64,000 nt of DNA from NCBI GenBank assembly GCA_964575925.1, contig CAZNTR010000002.1, positions 6,624 to 70,623 on the forward strand, written 5' to 3'. Source of the DNA: an uncultured Chitinophagales bacterium. Lineage in GTDB: Bacteria; Bacteroidota; Rhodothermia; Balneolales; M1805. The position numbers and the translations under genes are program-made. Shown one piece after another: positions 35,022 to 44,124 of the stretch (its first letter is position 1; each line of letters opens with the position of its first letter). Below the pieces are notes generated by a model. The model did not search any database. It was not told the origin of the DNA and worked only from the letters and a program-made list of their open reading frames with translations.

Positions 35022-36563
35022 TTAGTTTTGAGGGCCTGTAAAACGAGTCTCTAATGTCTCAATTTGTTTACCTTCAACAAATAAGCCGAGTTTGATGGTA
35101 GATTTACCACCTTGTAAATCAGTGTTTGGCAGAATAATCATGAATCTGCCAGAAGTGATTTCTTGATCAGGAACAATAGGGAATCCACCAAAACTTACTA
35201 ATTCAGCTGAAGTTGGGTTGAGTACTTTAAGTTCAATATTCTTCGAATCAAACGTTTTATTCACAAATTTATAATTAAATAAATTAGATGAAGTACTTTC
35301 ATTAATTCTGGTTAACATAATACCAGGTTCACGAGTAACAATAGCTTCAATTTCAGTGCGAGTTGTTAACAAGTAAATAAATAAGGAAGATAAAATTGCA
35401 AGAACGCCAATGTAAGCTTTTATTCTTAGAGTAAAGATTGAATTAACGCCATTCTTAATATTATTATAAGAGGTGTATTTGATTAAATCTTTTGGTTTAC
35501 CAATTTTTTCCATCACATTATTACATGCATCAATACAAGCTGTACAATGAATACATTCTAATTGGATGCCATTACGAATATCGATTCCCATTGGGCAAAC
35601 TCTAACGCATTCTTCACAATCGATACAATCCCCATAAGGTTTAGATTCAGGAACTTTTGCGCCTTCAGCTAAAGCAACTAAAGAAATTTCGTCTATTGCA
35701 GTTGCATTAGCTACTTGAGTCTGCGTTTGAGCATGAGCTTGTTTTTTTTTTTCCTGAACTCGAACTTTTTGATTTGCTCTTTTTTCGCCACGTTTAAAAT
35801 CGTAGCTCACGCAAATGGTATCATCATTAACCATTACCGATTGATGTCTACCATAGGGGCAAGCAAAATGACAGACCTGCTCTCTAAAACGGGAGAAAAC
35901 ACTATAAAAAACGAAAGAAAAAATAGTAATTGATAAGAAGCCTACCCAATGAGCTAAAATTGGTTCTTTTATTATCTGCCAAAGAGCATCTACTCCAATG
36001 ATATAGGATAGGAACAGATTTGCAATCAAAAAAGAAACAGCAAAGAAAACAATATGTTTGATTCCTTTTTTTAGAATTTTTTCCTTATTCCAATCTTGTC
36101 TATCAAGGCGTATTTGGGCAGATCGATCTCCTTCAATCCAATACTCGATTTTCCGAAAGACATGTTCCATAAAAATGGTTTGAGGGCAAGCCCAACCGCA
36201 CCAAATACGACCAAATACAGCTGTTAAAATAACAACTGTTAAAAGCATTGTTAAACCACCAATTGCTAAAAGATGGAAATCTGATGGCCAAAAAGCACTC
36301 CCAAAAATGACAAATTTTCGTTCAATAAAATTAAATTGGAGAAAAGGATGCCCTGAAATTTTAATAAAAGGTGCAGAAAAAAAGAATAATAGAAGAATAG
36401 AAGCTACAATCTCTCTTGCGTTGGTAAATTTACCAGTAGGTTTTTTAGGAAATACCCAATTCCGACCGCCACCTTCACTTATCGAGTTAATTTGATTCCG
36501 AAAACCTTCTAGATCATCTTCATCACCACCAACCATAAATGGGTCTGGTTCAAATTTAAACAT
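35022..36563 (-). CDS. ccoG: cbb3 oxidase accessory ferredoxin-like protein CcoG/FixG
   Basis: RIWCGWACPQT, CPYGR, CIDCEECVRVCPMGIDIR, CIHCTACIDAC. Start placed at ATG 36563 because the track start 36647 lies inside a palindromic repeat element. Confidence 0.88.
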   Translation of the reverse strand: MFKFEPDPFMVGGDEDDLEGFRNQINSISEGGGRNWVFPKKPTGKFTNAREIVASILLLFFFSAPFIKISGHPFLQFNFIERKFVIFGSAFWPSDFHLLAIGGLTMLLTVVILTAVFGRIWCGWACPQTIFMEHVFRKIEYWIEGDRSAQIRLDRQDWNKEKILKKGIKHIVFFAVSFLIANLFLSYIIGVDALWQIIKEPILAHWVGFLSITIFSFVFYSVFSRFREQVCHFACPYGRHQSVMVNDDTICVSYDFKRGEKRANQKVRVQEKKKQAHAQTQTQVANATAIDEISLVALAEGAKVPESKPYGDCIDCEECVRVCPMGIDIRNGIQLECIHCTACIDACNNVMEKIGKPKDLIKYTSYNNIKNGVNSIFTLRIKAYIGVLAILSSLFIYLLTTRTEIEAIVTREPGIMLTRINESTSSNLFNYKFVNKTFDSKNIELKVLNPTSAELVSFGGFPIVPDQEITSGRFMIILPNTDLQGGKSTIKLGLFVEGKQIETLETRFTGPQN

Positions 36564-36601
36564 ATATACTACCTTGAAATTAGTTGAAACAAGTTGCAGG
36601 C

Positions 36602-36644
36602 TTGCGCCAAGGTAAACTTTGCCAAAGTAAAACTTTGGCAAAGT
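36602..36644. repeat. CTTTGCCAAAG hairpin repeat, copy 1 (ccoP-ccoG spacer)
   Basis: ACTTTGCCAAAGT-aaa-ACTTTGGCAAAGT: perfect 13-bp stem. A degenerate third arm, CTTGCGCCAAGGT, lies just upstream. Confidence 0.85.
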
Positions 36645-36659
36645 CATGATTATTATTAT

Positions 36660-37271
36660 TTATTCACAAACTAGTTCTCTAGTAGGATCAATAGGCTTAG
36701 CATTAGCCGGTTTAGAGCCTTTAAGAGAATGAATGTAACTTGAAACTAGCTGAAGTTCATCTGTATTCAACTGTTTGCCACCGCCGTAAGCTGGCATACC
36801 TTTAGCTGGAAACCCAGTTTGTACACTAACCATGATCGATTTAGGGTCGCAACCATTAATCCAATACTCATCGGTAAGGTTAGGCCCAACTAGACCTTTG
36901 CCATTCGCCCCATGACAAACATTACAAATGGAATTGTAAATAGCTTTTCCTTTTTCAACGGATTCAACATCTGTTAGAAAAGTTAATTCTATCCAATCGT
37001 CTGTATTAACTGTTGGGGATGTTGGTCTTTGAGAAACCACTCCAGCCATTTCTGCCTCATATTCACCTTTTGAACTAGATCCCCAGCCTAAAACGTGATA
37101 GAAAAGTAAGTATAGAACTGCAAAAAGAATACAGAACCAAAATCCGAATACCCACCAACCAGGCATGTGGTTGTCTAATTCGCGGATGCCATCATAATTA
37201 TGATCGAGCAATACGTCTTTTTCATCATCGAAAATATCGGCCTGCTGTTTTTTATTTACATTTTCAGACAT
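36660..37271 (-). CDS. ccoP: cbb3 oxidase subunit III CcoP, monoheme form
   Basis: N-terminal YDGIRELDNHMPGWWV (FixP N-terminal signature). Only one CxxCH motif (CNVCH). 203 aa. Confidence 0.85.
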   Translation of the reverse strand: MSENVNKKQQADIFDDEKDVLLDHNYDGIRELDNHMPGWWVFGFWFCILFAVLYLLFYHVLGWGSSSKGEYEAEMAGVVSQRPTSPTVNTDDWIELTFLTDVESVEKGKAIYNSICNVCHGANGKGLVGPNLTDEYWINGCDPKSIMVSVQTGFPAKGMPAYGGGKQLNTDELQLVSSYIHSLKGSKPANAKPIDPTRELVCE

Positions 37272-37284
37272 GATTTTTACCTCC

Positions 37285-37509
37285 TTAATTCATTGATATT
37301 TTTTTGTTGTTGGGATTAGTCGCATCGGCCGAAATTGCTTCAATTGTACTAACATCTTCCAATGGAAGTGAAGCCATGTGATCCACCCAGGAAGAACCTG
37401 AGTGGTACACTTTATAGAGCATAAGAGCAAAAAAACTGATGAATAAAATCATACTGATAATGGGAAAAAGCTCGATATCAGTAATTGAGTTTAGAACCTG
37501 TTTATACAT
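37285..37509 (-). CDS. ccoQ: CcoQ/FixQ-like small membrane subunit
   Basis: 74 aa with one TM helix. Lies between ccoNO and ccoP. Confidence 0.6.
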   Translation of the reverse strand: MYKQVLNSITDIELFPIISMILFISFFALMLYKVYHSGSSWVDHMASLPLEDVSTIEAISADATNPNNKKISMN

Positions 37510-37512
37510 GAC

Positions 37513-39654
37513 TTACTCCAAAGAAGCTGTTGAAGCATTAGCAGCTTTAATGTCGGTTCCTAAGCGTTGTAAATAGGAAATAACAGCAACAATTTCTTTA
37601 TCGGCTTCAGCGTCGTTAAAACCTGCCGCTTTTAACCCATTAGAAATTTTTTGAGCTTGCATACGAGCATTCGACTCAGCTTCACCTGCTTCAAATGTAT
37701 AAGGAACATTCAAGAATTTTAATGCACCAATTTTAGCGTCAAGATCACTATAGGTAATTGTGTTCTCATAGATCCATGGATAGCGAGGCATAATTGACTG
37801 AGGTGAGGTTGATTCTGGTTCTCTCATGTGAAGATAGTGCCATGAGTCTGGATATTTTCCACCAACGCGATGTAAATCGGGACCAGCGCGACGTGAACCC
37901 CATAAGAATGGATGATCATAGACGAATTCTCCAGCTTTAGAATATTCACCGTATCGTTCGGTTTCACTTCTAAATGGCCTAATCATTTGTGAATGACAAT
38001 TATTACAACCTTCACGTATATAAATATCTCGTCCAATTAATTCTAAAGGAGTATAAGGTTTTACACTAGCAATCTTTGGAATGTTGGATTCTACCATAGC
38101 GGTAGGGATGAACTCAACAATACCTCCAACCAAAATTGCTAATAATGCAAGAATGGTAAATAAAGCGGGTTTTGATTCTAACCAATGGTGGAACTTCTTA
38201 CCATCTTTTGGCATTGGGTCGTTTATTTTAATCATTTCAGGAGCCTCGTCTGGCTCGGATGCCCATAAAGTTCCTGATTTAGCTGTTTTATATAAATTGA
38301 AAACTGAGAATAGTGCACCAGTTATATAAAGTGTACCACCTAGAACTCTCAACATATACATTGGCATAATTTGAGTTAATGTTTCAACGAAATTTGGATA
38401 ACGTAAGAACCCATCAACAGTAAATTCTTTCCACATTAAAGATTGGGTAATACCAGCAACATATAATGGAATGGCATAGAATAATAAACCAAGAGTTGCA
38501 AACCAGAAGTGTGTGTTTGCCAATGATTTAGAAAACAATTGAGTTTTATAAATTCTAGGTACAATATAATAGAGCATAGCAAAGGTTAAACCACCGTTCC
38601 ATGCTAATGCCCCCATGTGTACGTGAGCAATTATATAATCTGTGTAGTGAGCGATAGCACTAACATTTTTTAACGAAAGCATAGGTCCTTCAAATGTACT
38701 CATACCATACGCTGTTACACCAACTACAAGAAATTTTAAAACTGGATTATCGCGAACACGATCATAAGCACCACGTAGGGTAAGTAATCCATTAATCATA
38801 CCACCCCAACTAGGAGCAATAAGCATAATGGAGAACACGGTACCTAAAGATTGTGCCCAATCTGGAAGTGCTGTATATAATAAGTGGTGAGGACCTGCCC
38901 AAATGTAGATGAAAATAAGTGACCAAAAGTGAACAATAGAAAGTTTATAGGAATAAACGGGTCTATTTGCAGCTTTTGGAATAAAATAATACATAATTCC
39001 CAGAAAGGGTGTAGTAAGGAAAAATGCAACTGCATTATGTCCATACCACCATTGTACAAGAGCATCTTGAACTCCAGAAAAAAGGGAATAGGATTTAAAT
39101 ATTGTTACAGGAACTTCAAGATTATTTACAATATGAAGAACAGCAACGGTGATAAATGTTGCTATGTAAAACCAAATAGCAACATAAATATGTTTTTCAC
39201 GACGAGTAAAAATAGTTGCCATCATATTCCATCCAAATATGACCCAAATAACGGCAATTGCGATATCAATTGGCCATTCTAATTCAGCATATTCTTTGCT
39301 TGAGGTAAAACCAAGTGGTAAAGTTAAGGCAGCAGCAACTATAATGCCTTGCCAGCCCCAAAAGTGAATAGTACTTAACAGTTTACTCCACATTTGTGTT
39401 TTTAACAAACGAGGAAGTGAATAATACACACCCATGAAAATACCGTTACCTGCAAAAGCAAAAATAACAGCATTGGTGTGAAGAGGACGTAAACGTCCGT
39501 AGCTAAGCTCGGGGATTCCGCTTAAAAACTCGGGCCAAACGAGTTTTGAAGCAACGATTAAGCCGACTAAAAAGCCGACTATTCCCCAAACAACAGTTGC
39601 AATTGCAAAATTGCGTACTACCTTGTTATCGTATTCGAATTGTTGTAAGGCCAT
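37513..39654 (-). CDS. ccoNO: Fused cbb3 oxidase subunits I and II (CcoN-CcoO)
   Basis: Heme-copper oxidase core (GHNAVAFF, HFWSLIFIYIWAGPHH, AHVHMGALAWNG) followed by a CcoO segment with heme c motif CNNCHSQMIRP. Confidence 0.93.
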   Translation of the reverse strand: MALQQFEYDNKVVRNFAIATVVWGIVGFLVGLIVASKLVWPEFLSGIPELSYGRLRPLHTNAVIFAFAGNGIFMGVYYSLPRLLKTQMWSKLLSTIHFWGWQGIIVAAALTLPLGFTSSKEYAELEWPIDIAIAVIWVIFGWNMMATIFTRREKHIYVAIWFYIATFITVAVLHIVNNLEVPVTIFKSYSLFSGVQDALVQWWYGHNAVAFFLTTPFLGIMYYFIPKAANRPVYSYKLSIVHFWSLIFIYIWAGPHHLLYTALPDWAQSLGTVFSIMLIAPSWGGMINGLLTLRGAYDRVRDNPVLKFLVVGVTAYGMSTFEGPMLSLKNVSAIAHYTDYIIAHVHMGALAWNGGLTFAMLYYIVPRIYKTQLFSKSLANTHFWFATLGLLFYAIPLYVAGITQSLMWKEFTVDGFLRYPNFVETLTQIMPMYMLRVLGGTLYITGALFSVFNLYKTAKSGTLWASEPDEAPEMIKINDPMPKDGKKFHHWLESKPALFTILALLAILVGGIVEFIPTAMVESNIPKIASVKPYTPLELIGRDIYIREGCNNCHSQMIRPFRSETERYGEYSKAGEFVYDHPFLWGSRRAGPDLHRVGGKYPDSWHYLHMREPESTSPQSIMPRYPWIYENTITYSDLDAKIGALKFLNVPYTFEAGEAESNARMQAQKISNGLKAAGFNDAEADKEIVAVISYLQRLGTDIKAANASTASLE

Positions 39655-39660
39655 AAGTGC

Positions 39661-39855
39661 TTACTCCTGGTCTTTCCCTTTTTTATGGTTATGGTTATTG
39701 TTGTTTGTTGTTTTTGAAGTATCAGAAAAAAGCATGCGCATAGACGGGGTGTATGTGTCATCATATTGACCACTTTTAACAGCCCACGAAAAAGCTGCTA
39801 AAAAGCCTATAGCTATTGTTATACTAAAACCTACTAAGACGACGATGATTTCCAT
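39661..39855 (-). CDS. ccoS: cbb3 oxidase maturation protein CcoS
   Basis: 64 aa. FLAAFSWAVKSGQYDD is the CcoS/FixS signature. Confidence 0.85.
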   Translation of the reverse strand: MEIIVVLVGFSITIAIGFLAAFSWAVKSGQYDDTYTPSMRMLFSDTSKTTNNNNHNHKKGKDQE

Positions 39856-39872
39856 TTAATCTATTTATTAAC

Positions 39873-42290
39873 CTACACTAACTTACGTTTAATGCTTAGA
39901 ATATAAACCATTCCAGTTGTGAAAACCAAAACAGTAATTGAGCTTAATGGCATAAGGATAGCTGTTAAAAGAGGGGATAATAAACCCAAAACAGCTAAGG
40001 TTACACCAATAATATTATATAAGAAGGATATAGTATAGGATGCATAAACTACTTTATTCGCATCATTTGATAATTGAAGCATTGCATCTAAACGATAAAT
40101 ATGTTCTGCTTGTAGAATGCCATCGCATCCTGGTGAAAAACTATGCACATCATCACTAATTGCAATACCTACATCTGCTGCTTGTAATGCACCTGCGTCA
40201 TTTAGTCCGTCTCCAACCATTAGCACGAGTTCATCAGTTTTTTCTCTTTTTATGCGCGAAATGATATTCAATTTATCTTCGGGTTTACAATCAAAATTAC
40301 TTTCATGAAAAGAATCAAAAAGAGTTTTTACTGGTCCTGAATTTGGTTTAGTATCACCTGATAATCCAATTAATTTTAAACCTGATTGTGCAAGTTTGGA
40401 AATAGTCTCAGCAGAACCAGCTCGTAAAATTTGCTCGAAAATAAATGCACCGTATAAATGTTCATCGATTCCTATATAAGTTTTGGTAGCATGGCCAATA
40501 TAATCTTGTGCTTCAATTCCGTTTGAATTTAGCCATTTTTCACTTCCAATAAGTACTTTTTTATTACCAAAGACAGCTTTAATTCCCATTCCTTTAACTT
40601 CAACAAGTTCGTCGGGAAAATGCTTTTCCTTTGATTTTAAAAAATTAACAATTGCAAGACTTAAGGGGTGTGTAGAAGACATTGCAGCTGCGGCTATAAG
40701 TTGTACCTCATGATCTGATAAATCTCTACCTATCCATTTTAAAGGCAAATTTCCCGATTCTGTTAATGTACCCGTTTTATCAAAAACAATTGTTTTGATT
40801 TTAGAAAGTTGATCAACAATTCTCTCAGAACGCAAATACAAACCATTTTTAGAAAATGTATTTAATACAGAGCCCATAGTGAATGGTATTGAAAGCGATA
40901 GGGCACAAGGACAGGCTACAATTAAAACGGCTGCAAGAACGTGAACGGCTTTCATTGTATCAGTTGATTGCCAATAAAAAAATCCAGCAAATGCAATTGC
41001 CAAAATAACCCAAGTAAAATAGGGGGAAACCTTATCGGCTAAAGAAACATGATTGGTCAATTTATCTTGTTTAAACACTTCGTGATTCCAAAGTTGAGTT
41101 AGATAACTTTGATCCACAGTTTTTTGAATAAAAAATTGAGCTTCTTGACCTTTAAGTCGACCACCAGCAAATACCTCATCAGCTTTTTTGATGTTAACTG
41201 GTGCCGATTCACCTGTTACAAAATGATAATCAATACTTGCTTTTTCACTAATTAATGTAGAATCTGCAGGGATAAGTTCTTCATTTCGTACTCGAATTAC
41301 ATCCCCTTTATTCAACTTCGCTAAAGGAATTGCTTTAAATCCATCTTCAATTTTTACGAAAACAGACATAGGGAAATAAGAACGATAATCACGGAAAAAT
41401 GAAATAGCATGGTAAGTTTTTTGCTGAAATAATTTACCAATCAATAAAAAGAAAATTAGTCCCGTAAATGAGTCGAAATAACCTGAGCCACTTTTACTCA
41501 TAAGTTCATAAGCACTTTGCGCAAACATAGCAAAAATGCCAATTGTAAGAGGTACATCCATCGTTATACGATGACTTTTAATGCTATACCAAGCACTTTT
41601 CCAATAATCTTCTGCGCTAAAAACTAAAACGGGTACACTAATTAGTGCACTTAACCAAGTAAAAATACTTCTGAGGTATTCACTGTATAAATCTAAGCCC
41701 AAATAATCTGGAAAACTGTAGAGCATCACATTGCCAAAAGCAAAGCCTGCTAAACCAAGCTTTAAATACGTTCTTCTCCAGGGTTTTTTCGAATCCGCTT
41801 CATTTTCTAAGTCGCTTAATTGAATCATTGGTTCATAGCCAAGCCAAGCAAGTAATTGAACCACGGAACGAACTGAAATTTCAGTATGGTTAAACCAAAC
41901 ACGTATTTCTTTGCGTAGATAATCTACTTCAGATTTTAAGATTCCTTTTTTAAGAGAGGGGAGTTTTTCTAATAACCATACGCAGGAAGCACAATGAATA
42001 TCAGGAATGTAAAAACTTACAAGCGATTGTTTTTCATCGCTATATTTAATTAATGCTTTTGAAGCTTCAGGGTCGTCTAGCCAATCAAATTTTTCAGAAT
42101 CGGCTGAATATTTTCTCTCTCCAGGTCTGTCTTCCATAGTATAGAAAGAATCAAGACCACTTTCAGTAAGTAATTGATATACTGATACACAACCATTACA
42201 ACAGAATGCTTTTCCATCGTGAAAAACAGGAGCGCCATTATTATCTGTGCCACAATGATAGCAAGTAGTTTGTTGAACGGGAGTTTCCAT
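39873..42290 (-). CDS. ccoI: Copper-translocating P1B-type ATPase CcoI/FixI
   Basis: N-terminal Cys-rich CYHCG...CCNGC, HMA-like CASC, TM CPC (VACPCAL), DKTGTLT, GDGLNDAGAL. Confidence 0.92.
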   Translation of the reverse strand: METPVQQTTCYHCGTDNNGAPVFHDGKAFCCNGCVSVYQLLTESGLDSFYTMEDRPGERKYSADSEKFDWLDDPEASKALIKYSDEKQSLVSFYIPDIHCASCVWLLEKLPSLKKGILKSEVDYLRKEIRVWFNHTEISVRSVVQLLAWLGYEPMIQLSDLENEADSKKPWRRTYLKLGLAGFAFGNVMLYSFPDYLGLDLYSEYLRSIFTWLSALISVPVLVFSAEDYWKSAWYSIKSHRITMDVPLTIGIFAMFAQSAYELMSKSGSGYFDSFTGLIFFLLIGKLFQQKTYHAISFFRDYRSYFPMSVFVKIEDGFKAIPLAKLNKGDVIRVRNEELIPADSTLISEKASIDYHFVTGESAPVNIKKADEVFAGGRLKGQEAQFFIQKTVDQSYLTQLWNHEVFKQDKLTNHVSLADKVSPYFTWVILAIAFAGFFYWQSTDTMKAVHVLAAVLIVACPCALSLSIPFTMGSVLNTFSKNGLYLRSERIVDQLSKIKTIVFDKTGTLTESGNLPLKWIGRDLSDHEVQLIAAAAMSSTHPLSLAIVNFLKSKEKHFPDELVEVKGMGIKAVFGNKKVLIGSEKWLNSNGIEAQDYIGHATKTYIGIDEHLYGAFIFEQILRAGSAETISKLAQSGLKLIGLSGDTKPNSGPVKTLFDSFHESNFDCKPEDKLNIISRIKREKTDELVLMVGDGLNDAGALQAADVGIAISDDVHSFSPGCDGILQAEHIYRLDAMLQLSNDANKVVYASYTISFLYNIIGVTLAVLGLLSPLLTAILMPLSSITVLVFTTGMVYILSIKRKLV

Positions 42291-42358
42291 ATACTAATTA
42301 AGATAAAAGACTCCCAATAAAAAAGCGAATAAATTTTCTTAAATCTGCAATATATTTT

Positions 42359-42478
42359 GAGACTAAAGTCTCTAATTTGCTAAATGGTACGAGACTGAAG
42401 TCTCGCACCAAACCAAAATATTTTATAGCGCTAGACTTTCGTCTCGTGCTATAAAAGCAAAAAAGAGACTTCAGTCTT
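42359..42478. repeat. REP module L: four GAGACT(GA/TC)AGTCTC palindromes in about 120 bp
   Basis: gagactaaagtctc (42359-42372), cgagactgaagtctcg (42390-42405), degenerate tagactttcgtctcg (about 42432-42446), gagacttcagtctt (42465-42478). Confidence 0.9.
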
Positions 42479-42480
42479 TA

Positions 42481-43029
42481 TTATTCTATTAAAACCAATG
42501 GCAGTAAATTCCTTAGTCCCGCATATTCTTTAGCACTGCTATAAACCCAATCTTCAGCTTGATCAACAAAGCCTGCTTTCACTGGATTTTGGTGAATATA
42601 ATCTAAGGCTTTATCCATTTGCTCATTTTTTTCCAAAATAATTGGGTGATTATGTTGTTGCCAAACTTGATAATGATGATTGTGGCAATTTTGTTGACCA
42701 TTGGATTTTAGTATCCACTTCAACCAATTTCTACGACTTTCTTTTGGATTATCAATAATTATTTCAAGCAATTGAACAGAAGTGAATTTCTTCAAATCAC
42801 GCATTATATAGCTTAATTTATTAGTTTCACTACTTGCAATTAAATGAACATGATTGGTCATTATGCACCACGAATGAAGAATTAATCCTTTCTTTTCTAT
42901 GCAAAAAGCTAAACTGTTAACAAAAGTGTCGTAATAAATGCGACGAGTGAAAATGTCTATCCATTCAACTGTTGAAAAGGTGATAAAATGTGGGTTTCTT
43001 GAATCATAAAATTTGTATTTGCGGCTCAT
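42481..43029 (-). CDS. REP-associated tyrosine transposase (RAYT; IS200/IS605 Y1 HUH family)
   Basis: 182 aa. HUH motif in IMTNHVHLIASS. Conserved Tyr context DWVYSSAKEY. Flanked on both sides by palindromic repeats. Confidence 0.85.
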   Translation of the reverse strand: MSRKYKFYDSRNPHFITFSTVEWIDIFTRRIYYDTFVNSLAFCIEKKGLILHSWCIMTNHVHLIASSETNKLSYIMRDLKKFTSVQLLEIIIDNPKESRRNWLKWILKSNGQQNCHNHHYQVWQQHNHPIILEKNEQMDKALDYIHQNPVKAGFVDQAEDWVYSSAKEYAGLRNLLPLVLIE

Positions 43030-43093
43030 AAATTTTCCTTTTTGGAATAGAGACGCTTGAAAACGAAAAATCTTCCCAAAAAAATAAAAAAAT

Positions 43094-43208
43094 GAGACTG
43101 ATGTCTCTAAATCGCTAATTTAGTACGAGACTGAAGTCTCGCACCAAAATTATTTAGCGCGAGACTTCAGTCTCGTGCTGATAAAGCAGAAAAGAGACTT
43201 CAGTCTCG
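43094..43208. repeat. REP module R: four GAGACT(GA/TC)AGTCTC palindromes
   Basis: gagactgatgtctc (43094-43107), cgagactgaagtctcg (43126-43141), cgagacttcagtctcg (43160-43175), gagacttcagtctcg (43194-43208). Confidence 0.9.
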
Positions 43209-43270
43209 ATTTGTAAAACAAATGAGGGAATTATCGAGTATTTTAGCAGATAAATCAAAAAAACGAATTC

Positions 43271-44095
43271 ATGAAATCTTCTTTTATCGATAAACTCTAT
43301 TCAAATCAGCAACATTGCCAAAGTTGTCCATCACCAACTATTGTATCAGAGTGGTTTAATGAATTGTTAGGTACACTTTTTCCAGATTTCAGAAAACAGC
43401 AATTTCAGTCAAAAAAGGAGTTTGAGCTTCATATTGAGCGCTTAAAACTTCAATTAGAGCAAATTCTTTATCGAAATCCTGTTAAATCTGATGATGAAGT
43501 GGAGCATGTGGCTGATTTATTTTTTTCAGAGGTGGAAGAAATTCATCAACTTTTAGAAAAAGATGTTAAGGCTATTTTTGAGGGAGATCCTGCCGCACGA
43601 AGTGAAACGGAAGTAATTAGGACGTATCCTGGATTTTTTGCCATTGCTGCTCACCGAATTGCTCATAGTTTGTATTCATTTGGAGTTCGTTTGATTCCTA
43701 GAATGATTTCAGAGTTTGCACATAGTAAAACAGGAATAGATATTCATCCCGGTGCACAAATTGGTGAATCTTTTTGTATTGATCATGGAACCGGAATTGT
43801 AATTGGGGAGACTACAATTATTGGGAAATGGGTGAAATTATATCAAGGAGTTACATTAGGTGCGCTTAGTGTTTCTAAACATGATGCCGAAGTTAAACGT
43901 CATCCCACAATTGGAGATCATTCTATTATTTATGCTGGTGCAACTATTCTTGGCGGAACAACTCAAATTGGAGAATATTCAATAATAGGCGGAAATGTTT
44001 GGTTGACACAGAGTGTTCCTGCAAATTCAAAAATTTATTATCAAGCACAAATGAGCAAAACGAGTGGTGAATTAGATACGATTGTTTTTAAATAG
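43271..44095 (+). CDS. cysE: Serine O-acetyltransferase
   Basis: DPAARSETEVIRTYPGFFAIAAHRIAH and hexapeptide region GIDIHPGAQIGESFCIDHGTGIVIGETT. Confidence 0.9.
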   Translation: MKSSFIDKLYSNQQHCQSCPSPTIVSEWFNELLGTLFPDFRKQQFQSKKEFELHIERLKLQLEQILYRNPVKSDDEVEHVADLFFSEVEEIHQLLEKDVKAIFEGDPAARSETEVIRTYPGFFAIAAHRIAHSLYSFGVRLIPRMISEFAHSKTGIDIHPGAQIGESFCIDHGTGIVIGETTIIGKWVKLYQGVTLGALSVSKHDAEVKRHPTIGDHSIIYAGATILGGTTQIGEYSIIGGNVWLTQSVPANSKIYYQAQMSKTSGELDTIVFK

Positions 44096-44124
44096 ATTTT
44101 CGGATGTCGGATTTGATTTATTTT

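Larger units (their letters stand above)
42359..43208. mobile_element. RAYT gene plus flanking REP modules, inserted between ccoI and cysE
   Basis: The left and right modules are about 85 percent identical direct repeats of the same four-hairpin unit, judged by eye. Confidence 0.75.

Noticed and set aside
36564-36647. N-terminal 28-codon extension of ccoG given in the ORF track
   Set aside because: The extension is made of the palindromic CTTTGCCAAAG repeat element. The conserved CcoG sequence begins after ATG 36563.
38081-39282. ORFs inside ccoNO (38081-38329 +, 38844-39065 -, 38929-39282 +)
   Set aside because: They are embedded in the strongly supported heme-copper oxidase frame. Their translations are low-complexity shadows.
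42359-43208. Considered the repeated palindromes as a CRISPR array or as terminal inverted repeats of a classical IS
   Set aside because: The repeats are short palindromes with short, irregular intervals and no unique spacers. The two modules are direct, not inverted, repeats. The enclosed gene is a Y1/HUH RAYT, not a DDE transposase or a cas gene.
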